A DNA stretch of 50,135 nucleotides from Candidatus Avispirillum sp. (GTDB lineage: Bacteria; Bacillota; Clostridia; Oscillospirales; CAG-272), in the NCBI GenBank assembly GCA_045545335.1, contig JAZQAS010000123.1:1-50135 (forward strand), in the 5' to 3' direction. The translations under genes and the position numbers were made by a program. This document shows positions 30,109 through 38,671 of the stretch, piece after piece. The stretch's first letter is position 1, and every line of letters starts with the position of its first letter. The notes under the pieces were generated by a model that was given only the letters and a program-made list of their open reading frames with translations, ran no database searches and was not told the origin of the DNA.

Positions 30109-31857
30109 ATGAAAAAGAAGCTTGTATGTATCCTGCTTTGTGCAGTAATGCTCGCAACAGCCGTAATGGCAACAGGCTGTTCCGGTCTCGGCAGCGGCAC
30201 GTCAACGGATACAACGGGTACCGATGAGGTCGAGGTCAGCCGTACAAGTATGACCCTCACACTCTGGGTTCCCACAGAAGAAGGCACGACAGAAGAGGCT
30301 CTCTGGCAGGTTGAAGAGGCTATCAACCAGGTAACTCAGGTTGAGTTTGATACCGCCATCAAGCTTTACGGCATTCCCAGCGCAGAATACGAGAAGGTAA
30401 TGGAAGAGCGCCTTACAACCATTGCTACCCGTGTTGAGCAGGAAGAGCAGGAGGCTATCAACAAGAGACAGGAGCAGATCGAGGCAGCTCAGAAGGGCGA
30501 GACCTACGTTGAGGGTACGACCGAGTACGTTAACCCCAATATGGACGGCGACTACAGCCTTGTTGTAAGAGGAGCTACCGGATACACAAACGTTGAAAGA
30601 AATCAGCTTGATATCTTCCTTATCCGCGGCGAAGAGGATTATAAGAAGTATGCTGATGCATTTATGATCGAAAACCTCAACGAGGAGCTCACAGGCGCCT
30701 CCAAGGTTCTCAATAACTTTATCTATCCCGACTTCCTTTCCGCAGCAAAGATCGACGGTGCCGTATACGGTATCCCCAATAACCACGCTGTCGGCGAGTA
30801 TACATACTTCCTTGTAAACAAGGAGCTCGTTGAGAAGGAATATCTTGATCCCACCCGCCTTACAAGCCTTTCCGACTGTAAGGACTTCATCGAGGACGTT
30901 GCCGAGTATCACGAGGGCTACGTTCCCGTATACGGTGAGTATAAGCCCAGCTATTACGAGTACTGGAACGGAAGCGCAAATCAGGATCAGTTCTCCGTTC
31001 TCGCATCCCGCGTTCTCTACAGCTCCAAGCCCGAGGACGTAACCTTTGATAATATCTTCGCTTATAATAACTTCACATCCAACTACTATCTCTATAAGCT
31101 CTTCAAGGAGAAGGGATACGTAAATAACTCCGCAACGGTTCCCGAGAAGTTCGGCGTTGGCTACGTAACCTGCACAGCTGAAGAGATCGCAAAGTATGCA
31201 GATGATTACCACATCAACGTGTTCAAGAGACCCGAGGGCACAAAGGCCGATTATCTTGAGAGCATGTTTGCGGTAAGCACCTTTACAAAGAGCGTTTCCC
31301 GTTCCATGGAGGTCATCACTCTCCTCAATACAGATACACGTCTCCGCACTATCCTTCAGTACGGCGCAGAGGGCGTTCACTGGAAGTATGACGAGGAAGA
31401 TTCCGATATCATCGTTAAGATGGCAGACGGATATAACATGAACCTCAACGAGACAGGTAACGTTTATATGACCCACGCTGACTACGGCGTATCTATCAAG
31501 GCTTGGGACGTAACAAAGGGCCAGAACCTTGACTCCTATATGCCCGCGACCCTTCCTTTCACAGAGTACGTTAACGAGTATAACGTAGAGAACTTCAAGA
31601 AGCTTGATGCGCTCAGCAAGAGCATCTACACCCGTATGGAGTCTATGACCGCAGAGGAGTTCCAGTCCTCCATCGGTAAGTTCCAGGCTGAGGTTGCAAA
31701 CAGCGATGCATTCCAGAAGCTCACTTATATGCCCTCCGATTCCGATGCCGTAAAGGGCAGAACAGAGGAAAACGGCTGGTATTCAGCAGGCTCCCTTGCT
31801 TATATGTGGCAGGAATACTGCGTAAGCATCTACGGTGAGGAGTTCCTCAACTGGTAA
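30109..31857 (+). CDS. Extracellular solute-binding lipoprotein (ABC SBP-like)
   Basis: Lipobox ATG-C; SAAKIDGAVYGIPN, LQYGAEGVHW motifs typical of clostridial sugar SBPs. Confidence 0.65.
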   Translation: MKKKLVCILLCAVMLATAVMATGCSGLGSGTSTDTTGTDEVEVSRTSMTLTLWVPTEEGTTEEALWQVEEAINQVTQVEFDTAIKLYGIPSAEYEKVMEERLTTIATRVEQEEQEAINKRQEQIEAAQKGETYVEGTTEYVNPNMDGDYSLVVRGATGYTNVERNQLDIFLIRGEEDYKKYADAFMIENLNEELTGASKVLNNFIYPDFLSAAKIDGAVYGIPNNHAVGEYTYFLVNKELVEKEYLDPTRLTSLSDCKDFIEDVAEYHEGYVPVYGEYKPSYYEYWNGSANQDQFSVLASRVLYSSKPEDVTFDNIFAYNNFTSNYYLYKLFKEKGYVNNSATVPEKFGVGYVTCTAEEIAKYADDYHINVFKRPEGTKADYLESMFAVSTFTKSVSRSMEVITLLNTDTRLRTILQYGAEGVHWKYDEEDSDIIVKMADGYNMNLNETGNVYMTHADYGVSIKAWDVTKGQNLDSYMPATLPFTEYVNEYNVENFKKLDALSKSIYTRMESMTAEEFQSSIGKFQAEVANSDAFQKLTYMPSDSDAVKGRTEENGWYSAGSLAYMWQEYCVSIYGEEFLNW

Positions 31858-31870
31858 TTTTATAGCGATT

Positions 31871-31902
31871 AAAAGACCGTTGCGAGAGCAACGGTCTTTT
31901 TT
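31871..31902 (+). terminator. Intrinsic terminator
   Basis: AAAAGACCGTTGC-GAGA-GCAACGGTCTTTTTT. Confidence 0.85.
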
Positions 31903-32006
31903 GTATAATGGAAGTTCAAAGATAAATGGGCAGGCGCAAATACGAAGCCTTTGCAGTTTTTGATCTCAAATTTTGGTTTGAGGTGGAGATTTGCAGTTAC
32001 ATTAAT

Positions 32007-32270
32007 GTAGGGGCGTCCACGTCCACATATCTGCACGATTGCGGACAATTTAGCATACCGTTATTTTGTCGGTGGAATGAACGGATATATTGTAGGGACA
32101 GGCGTCCCCGACTGTCCTTTACAGACATAACGACTCTCCGTAAATATAGTCTCGTTATTAGGACAGGCGGGGACCCCTGTCCCTACAACAACGTATATCT
32201 TTTGTATTCGTTTTTGTATCAATTTTTTTCTTCGCGTACTGATCTCGGACGAGCGATGCTCGTCCCTATA
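32007..32270. repeat. Nested GTAG-type REP composite, copy 2
   Basis: Inner pair 32092-32186 GTAGGGACAGGCGTCCCCGACTGTCC / GGACAGGCGGGGACCCCTGTCCCTAC; outer REP CGGACGAGCGATGCTCGTCCCTA. Confidence 0.8.
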
Positions 32271-32309
32271 ATGGTTAATCTGCCCGTAAAACCGGAATTT
32301 GACTACAGA

Positions 32310-32336
32310 AAAGGCTGTCGCAATGCGACAGCCTTT
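32310..32336 (-). terminator. Terminator after acyl-CoA ligase fusion gene
   Basis: AAAGGCTGTCGC-AAT-GCGACAGCCTTT. Confidence 0.8.
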
Positions 32337-32353
32337 AATTATGAATATCAAAT

Positions 32354-34885
32354 TCAAGCGGTAACTATCTTGCTTGCATCTCCGAGATCAAGCATCTTGA
32401 CGGCGTCCTCGCGCATCTTGTACTTCAGTATCTTTCCCGCAGCATTCATGGGGAAGGAGTCAACGAAGGCAACGTAGCGGGGAACCTTGTGCTTTGCCAT
32501 ATGGTCAAGAACGTATTTCTTGATCTCCTCCTCCGTGGAGGTCTCGCCCTCCTTGAGGATAACGCAGGCCATGATCTCCTCGCCGTAGGCCTTGTCGGGA
32601 ACGCCGATGACCTGAACGTCGGAAACCTTGGGATGGGTGTAGATAAAGTCCTCGATCTCCTTGGGGTAGATGTTCTCGCCGCCGCGGATGATCATATCCT
32701 TGATGCGGCCCGTAACCTTGTAATTTCCGTCGGGAAGTCTGCGGCAAAGGTCGCCGGTGTGGAGCCAGCCGTCCTTGTCGATAGCCGCCGCAGTAGCCTG
32801 AGGCATCTTGTAGTAGCCCTTCATAATGTTGTAGCCGCGGGCAACGAATTCGCCGTCGCAGTTGTCGGGCAGATCCTCGCCGGTCTCGGGGTCAACTATC
32901 TTGCATTCAACGCCGAAGATAGGACCGCCAACGGTGTTAACGCGGGTCTCAATGGAGTCCGTGGTCTTGGACATGGTAGTTGCGGGAGATGCCTCGGTCT
33001 GACCGTAGGTGATGCAGATATCCCTCATATTCATCTCGTTGATGACCTGCTCCATAACCTTAACGGGGCAGGGGCTTCCCGCCATGATGCCCGTTCTCAT
33101 ATTGGAGAAATCGGTGCTCTTAAAGTCGGGATGAGAGAGCATTGCGATAAACATAGTGGGAACGCCGTGGAATGCGGTGATCTTTTCCTTTGTGATGCAG
33201 GCAAGACCCTTTGAGGGGGAGAATGCGGGAATAGGGCTCATTGTTGTGCCGTGGGTCACGGAGGCTGTCATAGCCAGCACCATTCCGAAGCAGTGGAACA
33301 TGGGAACCTGTATCATCATTCTGTCAGCGGTGGAAAGGTCCATACAGTCGCCGATGGCCTTGCCGTTGTTGACAACGTTGTAGTGTGTGAGCATAACTCC
33401 CTTGGGGAAGCCGGTAGTACCGGAGGTGTATTGCATGTTGCAAACGTCGTGCTTGTCGATCATAGCGCTGCGGCGGTAGACCTCCTCAACGGGAACGTCC
33501 TTTCCTGCGGCGCAGGCCTCCTCCCAGTTCCAGCAGCCGGGCTGAGTAGATTCGCAGGTAATGATGTTTCTGAGGAAGGGAAGCTTCTTTGTGTGGAGAG
33601 GCATACCCTTGGGGGCGTTCTTAAGATCGGGGAGCAGATCGTTGATGATCTTAACGTAGTCGGAGTCCTTGTAGGAGTCGCACATGACAAGGGTGTGCGT
33701 GTCGGACTGACGGAGCAGATACTCAAGCTCGTGGATCTTGTAGGCTGTGTTGACCGTAACGAGAACGGCGCCGATTTTCACCGTTGCCCAGAAGGTGATG
33801 TACCATGCGGGGATATTCGTTGCCCATATAGCAACGTGATCTCCGGGCTTTACGCCGAGAGCGATAAGAGAGCGCGCAAAGTTGTCAACGTCCTCGCGGA
33901 ATTCGGGATATGTGCGTGTGTAGTCAAGGGTAGTGTAGCGGAATGCATACTGATCGGGAAACTCATCGCAAATGCGGTCAAGTATCTGGGGAAAGGTGTA
34001 GTCGATAAGAGTTTCCTTGGGCCAGATGTACTGTCCCTTGCCGTCAATAGAGGACTGAAGCCTGCCGGAGCGGCTCTGTACTCCCGTAAACTGACTCATG
34101 TAGTTAACGTAGTGGGGGAATACGATACCGGGGCTCTGGAGGTCGGGCATATACTTCTTCAGCCATTCGAGAGAAACGTAGCCCTCGTAGTTGATGCTGC
34201 GAAGCGCCATCATAAAGTCCTCAATGGGGAGATCGCCCTCGCCCATCATTCTGTATTCAACGGAGTCTCCGTTCATAACGGAGTCCTTGATGTGGGTGTA
34301 TTTAATGTAAGCGCCAAGGTTTTCAACGGTCTTTGCGGCAGACTCCCCTGCAAAGCGGTAGGGGTGATGCACGTCCCAAAGAGCGGCAACGCTGTCGTGG
34401 CCAACGGTGTTGAGAACGTCTGCAAGGCGGGCGGTGTCTGTGTAAACACCGTTGGTCTCAACGAGAAGGGTAACGCCTGCAGCCTCAGCAATGGGGGCAA
34501 GCTCCTTGAGTGTGTCGATAACGATGGCGTCGTCAAAGTCGGTGGTAGGCTCAGCGGTAAGGTCGCCGAGGATACGGATGTAAGAAGCGCCGAGCTTTTC
34601 AGCAAGGCTTATATATTCCTTGAGCTCTGCAACAGTCTCAGCTCTCCTGTCTGCAAAGCGGAGAGCGCAGCCTGAGGAAAGGCAGGGTATCTCAAGAGAG
34701 AGACGGTCAAGGTTCTTTTTTGTTTTTTCAATGTTCCCATCGGAGAAGGGCTCCGCGTGAACTGAGAAGATGTTGTCGCCAAGGCCTCGGAGCTCGATTC
34801 CGGAGAAGCCGAAGTCCTTTGCCATAGCGTAAATGTCCGACCAAGAGAAGTCGGGGCAGCCGAGTGTGGAAAATGCGAGTTTCAT
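32354..34885 (-). CDS. Fusion of sugar-phosphate isomerase/epimerase-like TIM barrel and AMP-forming acyl-CoA synthetase (843 aa)
   Basis: N-term MKLAFSTLGCP, LLVET, WDVHH, HIKD, SLEW; C-term QYTSGTTGFPKGV, TYGQTE, GWLHTGD, GRIKDMIIRGGENIYP, GKILK; ATG 34885 after GAAAGG RBS. Confidence 0.9.
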   Translation of the reverse strand: MKLAFSTLGCPDFSWSDIYAMAKDFGFSGIELRGLGDNIFSVHAEPFSDGNIEKTKKNLDRLSLEIPCLSSGCALRFADRRAETVAELKEYISLAEKLGASYIRILGDLTAEPTTDFDDAIVIDTLKELAPIAEAAGVTLLVETNGVYTDTARLADVLNTVGHDSVAALWDVHHPYRFAGESAAKTVENLGAYIKYTHIKDSVMNGDSVEYRMMGEGDLPIEDFMMALRSINYEGYVSLEWLKKYMPDLQSPGIVFPHYVNYMSQFTGVQSRSGRLQSSIDGKGQYIWPKETLIDYTFPQILDRICDEFPDQYAFRYTTLDYTRTYPEFREDVDNFARSLIALGVKPGDHVAIWATNIPAWYITFWATVKIGAVLVTVNTAYKIHELEYLLRQSDTHTLVMCDSYKDSDYVKIINDLLPDLKNAPKGMPLHTKKLPFLRNIITCESTQPGCWNWEEACAAGKDVPVEEVYRRSAMIDKHDVCNMQYTSGTTGFPKGVMLTHYNVVNNGKAIGDCMDLSTADRMMIQVPMFHCFGMVLAMTASVTHGTTMSPIPAFSPSKGLACITKEKITAFHGVPTMFIAMLSHPDFKSTDFSNMRTGIMAGSPCPVKVMEQVINEMNMRDICITYGQTEASPATTMSKTTDSIETRVNTVGGPIFGVECKIVDPETGEDLPDNCDGEFVARGYNIMKGYYKMPQATAAAIDKDGWLHTGDLCRRLPDGNYKVTGRIKDMIIRGGENIYPKEIEDFIYTHPKVSDVQVIGVPDKAYGEEIMACVILKEGETSTEEEIKKYVLDHMAKHKVPRYVAFVDSFPMNAAGKILKYKMREDAVKMLDLGDASKIVTA

Positions 34886-34924
34886 AGTGTTTGCCTTTCT
34901 GTGGTAAAGTAGTATGCAGGAGCA

Positions 34925-35178
34925 AAATAAAAAACGCCTCCGCTCCTGCCGAATGCAAGAGACGAAAGCTAACTTCCGCGGTACCACTCTTATTGACATC
35001 AGAAGATGTCCGCTCATGGGGTACTTACATACCCTGTCCCAAGATAACGGGGGCAACCGGTCAAGCCTACTGAATTCAGCCGACAGCTCAAGGGTGAGTA
35101 GCTTCCGGGTCGGTAATGCCTCGCACCAAACGGCATCTCTCTGTAAAGGACGAAATGAAGCTTTATCCCTATCATTGC
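34925..35178 (-). promoter_or_regulatory. T-box riboswitch, probable Leu (CUC) specifier
   Basis: Stem I with AGAGA and GGTG boxes, specifier loop UA-CUC-A (35096-35098), AGUA box, CCGUUA, antiterminator AAGAGTGGTACCGCGG (34976-34991), terminator; promoter TTGACT-N17-TAAAAT at 35188-35216. Confidence 0.88.
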
Positions 35179-35328
35179 TTTTCGTGTATTTTATCACAGT
35201 GAAGTGGAAAAGTCAATGGTTTTTTTATAAAAAAAGTAAAAAGAATATTTCTTTTCTTATGTACAATGGTGAAAAAATATGGTAAAATGAAGTATAAATA
35301 AATTATATTGAAAGGTCCGGAGAAAACA

Positions 35329-36237
35329 ATGAAGAAACCCATCCCCGTAATATTCGATACAGACATCGGAAGCGATATTGACGATACCTGGGCGCTTGCC
35401 ATGATCCTCAAGAGCCCCGAGATCGACCTTAAGATGATAACGACAAACGGATACGAGACCGAGTATCAGACAGCTCTTGCAGCAAAAATGATGGAGGTCT
35501 GCGGCCGCACCGACGTTATCGTAGCGCAGGGCGAGGCAGGTATGTCCGATCCCCGCTATCAGGAGGAGTGGATCGGCGACTATGACGTTGAGAGCTATCC
35601 CAATCTTTCGAGAAATGCCGTGCAGTCTATAATCGACCTCGTAATGAAGTCTGATGAGGAGATCGTTATCCTCGTTGTAGGCTCTTCAAAGAACGTGGCA
35701 GAGGCCTTCGCTCAGGAGCCCCGCATTGCAAAGAAGTGCCGCATCATAGCGATCGGCGGCGTTATCTATAACGGCCATTGCCAGGGCTGGTATCCTCCCC
35801 TCGGAGCCGACTGGAACGTTAAGTGCGACGTTAGATCATGGCAGAGAGCAATGGTAGAGTCCGATTATAAGGTAGAGCTTCTCCCCCTTGACGTAACGGG
35901 TAATCTTAAGCTTAACGGTGAAGCGTACGCAAAGATCCGCGCGTGCCAGGATAAGGACCCCGTAATAAAGATGCTTATTGAAAATACGGACCTTTGGATG
36001 ACCAAGTTTGATATGGACTATCATCACGGCACCAGCGCCCTCTTCGATACCGTTGCCGTATACTCTTGCTTCACTCATGAGAATCTTGAGTTTGAGACTC
36101 TCCCTCTGTATGCAAACGAGGCAGCCCAGACCCTTATAGACCCCGAACGCGGTAAGGAGATGAACGTTGCTCTCCGCTGGGGCGATAAGGAAAAGTTCAG
36201 AAGATTTCTCACCTCCCGCCTTTGCGGCGAGATCTGA
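35329..36237 (+). CDS. Nucleoside hydrolase family protein
   Basis: N-terminal DTDIGSDIDD Asp cluster, DWNV..D, LPLDVT. Confidence 0.85.
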   Translation: MKKPIPVIFDTDIGSDIDDTWALAMILKSPEIDLKMITTNGYETEYQTALAAKMMEVCGRTDVIVAQGEAGMSDPRYQEEWIGDYDVESYPNLSRNAVQSIIDLVMKSDEEIVILVVGSSKNVAEAFAQEPRIAKKCRIIAIGGVIYNGHCQGWYPPLGADWNVKCDVRSWQRAMVESDYKVELLPLDVTGNLKLNGEAYAKIRACQDKDPVIKMLIENTDLWMTKFDMDYHHGTSALFDTVAVYSCFTHENLEFETLPLYANEAAQTLIDPERGKEMNVALRWGDKEKFRRFLTSRLCGEI

Positions 36238-36313
36238 TAAGAAAAGAGCTATGCTTGAGGCACACTTCTTAAGGAAGTGTGCCTCAGTTATATTCGCCTT
36301 CCAATTTACATAT

Positions 36314-36345
36314 AAAAAAACTGATGCTGAAACAGCATCAGTTTT
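36314..36345. terminator. Bidirectional terminator
   Basis: AAAAACTGATGCTG-AAA-CAGCATCAGTTTT between convergent genes; second hairpin at 36257-36285. Confidence 0.75.
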
Positions 36346-36349
36346 ATAT

Positions 36350-36934
36350 TTATTTAGTGATACCTTCAATAATTGCGTTTATAGCCGTTTCCTTAGCGTT
36401 CAAGGCCTCTGCGACCGAGGTTCTGTTGATCTCAAAGAAGAGGAGATTGTAGCCCATTATGTAGGAAAGGAGGCATCTTGCCAGAAGCGCGGTGTCGGGG
36501 TTTGCGATCTCTCCGCGCTCCTTTGCCCGAACGAGGCATTTTTCAATCATACTGAGCCACATATTACGGGTATAATCGTTGTCCTCGATACGGCTGACGG
36601 TAAATACGCGCTTGTATGCTTCTACGTTATTGTATGCAAGGTTGCAGGTGTAGTCGTAAAGGGTAGAGAGGTTATCTCTGAGAGGCTTTTCAGGATCAAT
36701 AAGGGAGAAAACGGTCCTGTAGGTCTCCTCGTCGAGAAGACGGTCAACAGAATCCATAATATCCTGCTTGTCTCTGAAATGGTAATAGATAACGCCCGTA
36801 GAATAACCGATGCGCTCACCGATGCGGCGAACGGTAATTTCCTTGTAGCCTTCCTGAAGACAGATGTCGAGAGCTGCATCAATGATCAGTTTCTTGATGG
36901 CTTCGTTTCTTTCCTGTTCGTGTTTTCTTGCCAT
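36350..36934 (-). CDS. TetR/AcrR family regulator
   Basis: IIDAALDICLQEGY..ITVRRIGERIGYSTGVIYYHFRDK. Confidence 0.92.
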   Translation of the reverse strand: MARKHEQERNEAIKKLIIDAALDICLQEGYKEITVRRIGERIGYSTGVIYYHFRDKQDIMDSVDRLLDEETYRTVFSLIDPEKPLRDNLSTLYDYTCNLAYNNVEAYKRVFTVSRIEDNDYTRNMWLSMIEKCLVRAKERGEIANPDTALLARCLLSYIMGYNLLFFEINRTSVAEALNAKETAINAIIEGITK

Positions 36935-37153
36935 AGAAGCTCACCCCCAAGGTGCAAAGTGCCAAAGTGCCGAGAAATAATCCTTACTTTCATATTTTGC
37001 CCTATTTTGTGAAATTTGTCAATAATTTTGTTAAAATAATCATGTTATATTAATTGTGTATTTAAATTTTGTGGAAAATGACAAATTTGCTATTGAAATT
37101 AACCAAAAGTATGGTATAATTGATGTGTAGTAAAATAGAAGGTCGGTGAGCAA

Positions 37154-38254
37154 ATGAAAATTTTGGTAGCGCCTGATTCCTTTAAAGGCAGCCTTGATTC
37201 CCAGCGGATCTGCAGAATTATCAGATACAGCGCAAAGCGCACGTTCCCCGATTGCAAAATATGCGAGCTACCCTTGGCCGATGGCGGCGAGGGAACTGCT
37301 CTTCTTATGGCAAAGGCTCTTCGCGGCACCGTTGAGACCTGTGAGGTAGAGGGTCCCTTCGGTAAAAAGTGCAAGGTGTCCGTTGCCTTTGTTGATAAGG
37401 GGAATACTGCCATTATAGAGAGCGCGCAGGCAATAGGTCTGCCTCTTGCAGGCAAGAGAGCAAACCCTGAGAGAACGTCCAGCTACGGCGTCGGTCAGAT
37501 GATATCCTTTGCAACCTCAAGGGGCGCAAAGAAGATCATTATCACTCTCGGCGGCAGCTCAACGAACGATCTCGGCGCAGGTATGCTCAGCGCAATGGGC
37601 GTACAGTTCGTTGATATCTGCGGCAATCATTTCACCCCCGTTGGCGGAAGTATGCTGAGAGTCGAAACGGTGGAGTTCAATCAGGCCTTTTCAAAGTATC
37701 GCGGCATTGAATTCGTGCTGATGTGCGACGTAAAGAACCCCCTCCTCGGCAGCGAGGGCGCGGCGGCGGTGTATTCTCCCCAGAAGGGAGCGAGCCCCGA
37801 GGCGGTACAGCGCCTTGAAAGGGGAGCAGAGAAGCTCTCTCAGATAATGAGCCGAGTCACGGGCACGAATGAGGTGTCCACCCCCGGTGCGGGAGCTGCA
37901 GGCGGCATCGGCTTTGCGGCGATGGCGTTTTTTCGCGCAAGGGTCTGCAGCGGCATAGACTTAATGCTTGATATGTATGATTATCAAAGGCACGTTGAGG
38001 ATGCGGATATAGTGGTCACAGGAGAGGGAAAGCTTGACTCGCAGAGCTTTATGGGCAAAGCTGTAGATGGCGTTCTCAAGGCCTCAGAGGGCAAAAAATG
38101 CGCCATCTTCTGCGGCATCTCAGAGGCAGAGTCCGTTCCCGATGGAGTGGACGTTATTGAGATCGGCCGCGGCATCCCCCTTGAGGAGTCCATAGCCCGT
38201 GCCCCCGAGCTTCTCGCCTCTGCGGCAGATAAATATTTCTCTCAGTTCATTTAA
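37154..38254 (+). CDS. glxK: Glycerate kinase (GlxK family)
   Basis: APDSFKGSL, PLADGGEGT, GGSSTNDLGAG, GAGAAGG, TGEGKLDSQS..GK. Confidence 0.92.
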   Translation: MKILVAPDSFKGSLDSQRICRIIRYSAKRTFPDCKICELPLADGGEGTALLMAKALRGTVETCEVEGPFGKKCKVSVAFVDKGNTAIIESAQAIGLPLAGKRANPERTSSYGVGQMISFATSRGAKKIIITLGGSSTNDLGAGMLSAMGVQFVDICGNHFTPVGGSMLRVETVEFNQAFSKYRGIEFVLMCDVKNPLLGSEGAAAVYSPQKGASPEAVQRLERGAEKLSQIMSRVTGTNEVSTPGAGAAGGIGFAAMAFFRARVCSGIDLMLDMYDYQRHVEDADIVVTGEGKLDSQSFMGKAVDGVLKASEGKKCAIFCGISEAESVPDGVDVIEIGRGIPLEESIARAPELLASAADKYFSQFI

Positions 38255-38266
38255 TACGGAATATAG

Positions 38267-38296
38267 AAAGGAGCAACCAAAAGGTTGCTCCTTTTT
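38267..38296. terminator. Bidirectional terminator
   Basis: AAAGGAGCAACC-AAAA-GGTTGCTCCTTTTT. Confidence 0.8.
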
Positions 38297-38297
38297 G

Positions 38298-38666
38298 TTA
38301 TTTCGTGTCAAATCCCTGATCGAAGATATACTCAAGCCTTTCCTTGTCGCCCGTCAGGTGGAGGTAAGCGAAAACGCACTCAAGCCCCGTTGCGCGGCTG
38401 TATTCCGCGTGGGTGGCGCTTTTGGGGGAGGAGTGGGTGTGGTTTCTGCCTCTCTTGTAGATGGCAAGCTCCTCGTCCGTGAAAATATCAACGAGGCGCT
38501 CCGTTGCCCTTGCCTGACTTTTGGCGGTAACGTACTCCCGCGCGCGGGTGTGGATATCGCCTTTCTTGTCAAGGATAAGCCGCTCTCTCACCATGACCTC
38601 GAGAACGCTGTCTCCAAGGTAGGCAAGGGAAGCGATGGAAAGCTGATTTACGTCTTTTGCATCCAT
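38298..38666 (-). CDS. mrnC: Mini-ribonuclease III
   Basis: LAYLGDSVLE..VR, V.AKSQA, YKRGRN, YSRATGLECVFAYL. Confidence 0.9.
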   Translation of the reverse strand: MDAKDVNQLSIASLAYLGDSVLEVMVRERLILDKKGDIHTRAREYVTAKSQARATERLVDIFTDEELAIYKRGRNHTHSSPKSATHAEYSRATGLECVFAYLHLTGDKERLEYIFDQGFDTK

Positions 38667-38671
38667 TGTGA

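Noticed and set aside
31926-32477. ORFs over REP composites (31926-32477, 32061-32357, also 45953-46345) that look like a paralogous small-protein family
   Set aside because: Their mutual similarity is explained by translation of the shared non-coding repeat
34886-35197. 104-aa N-terminal extension of the 947-aa ORF
   Set aside because: It is the T-box leader read in frame; the real start is ATG 34885 with an RBS
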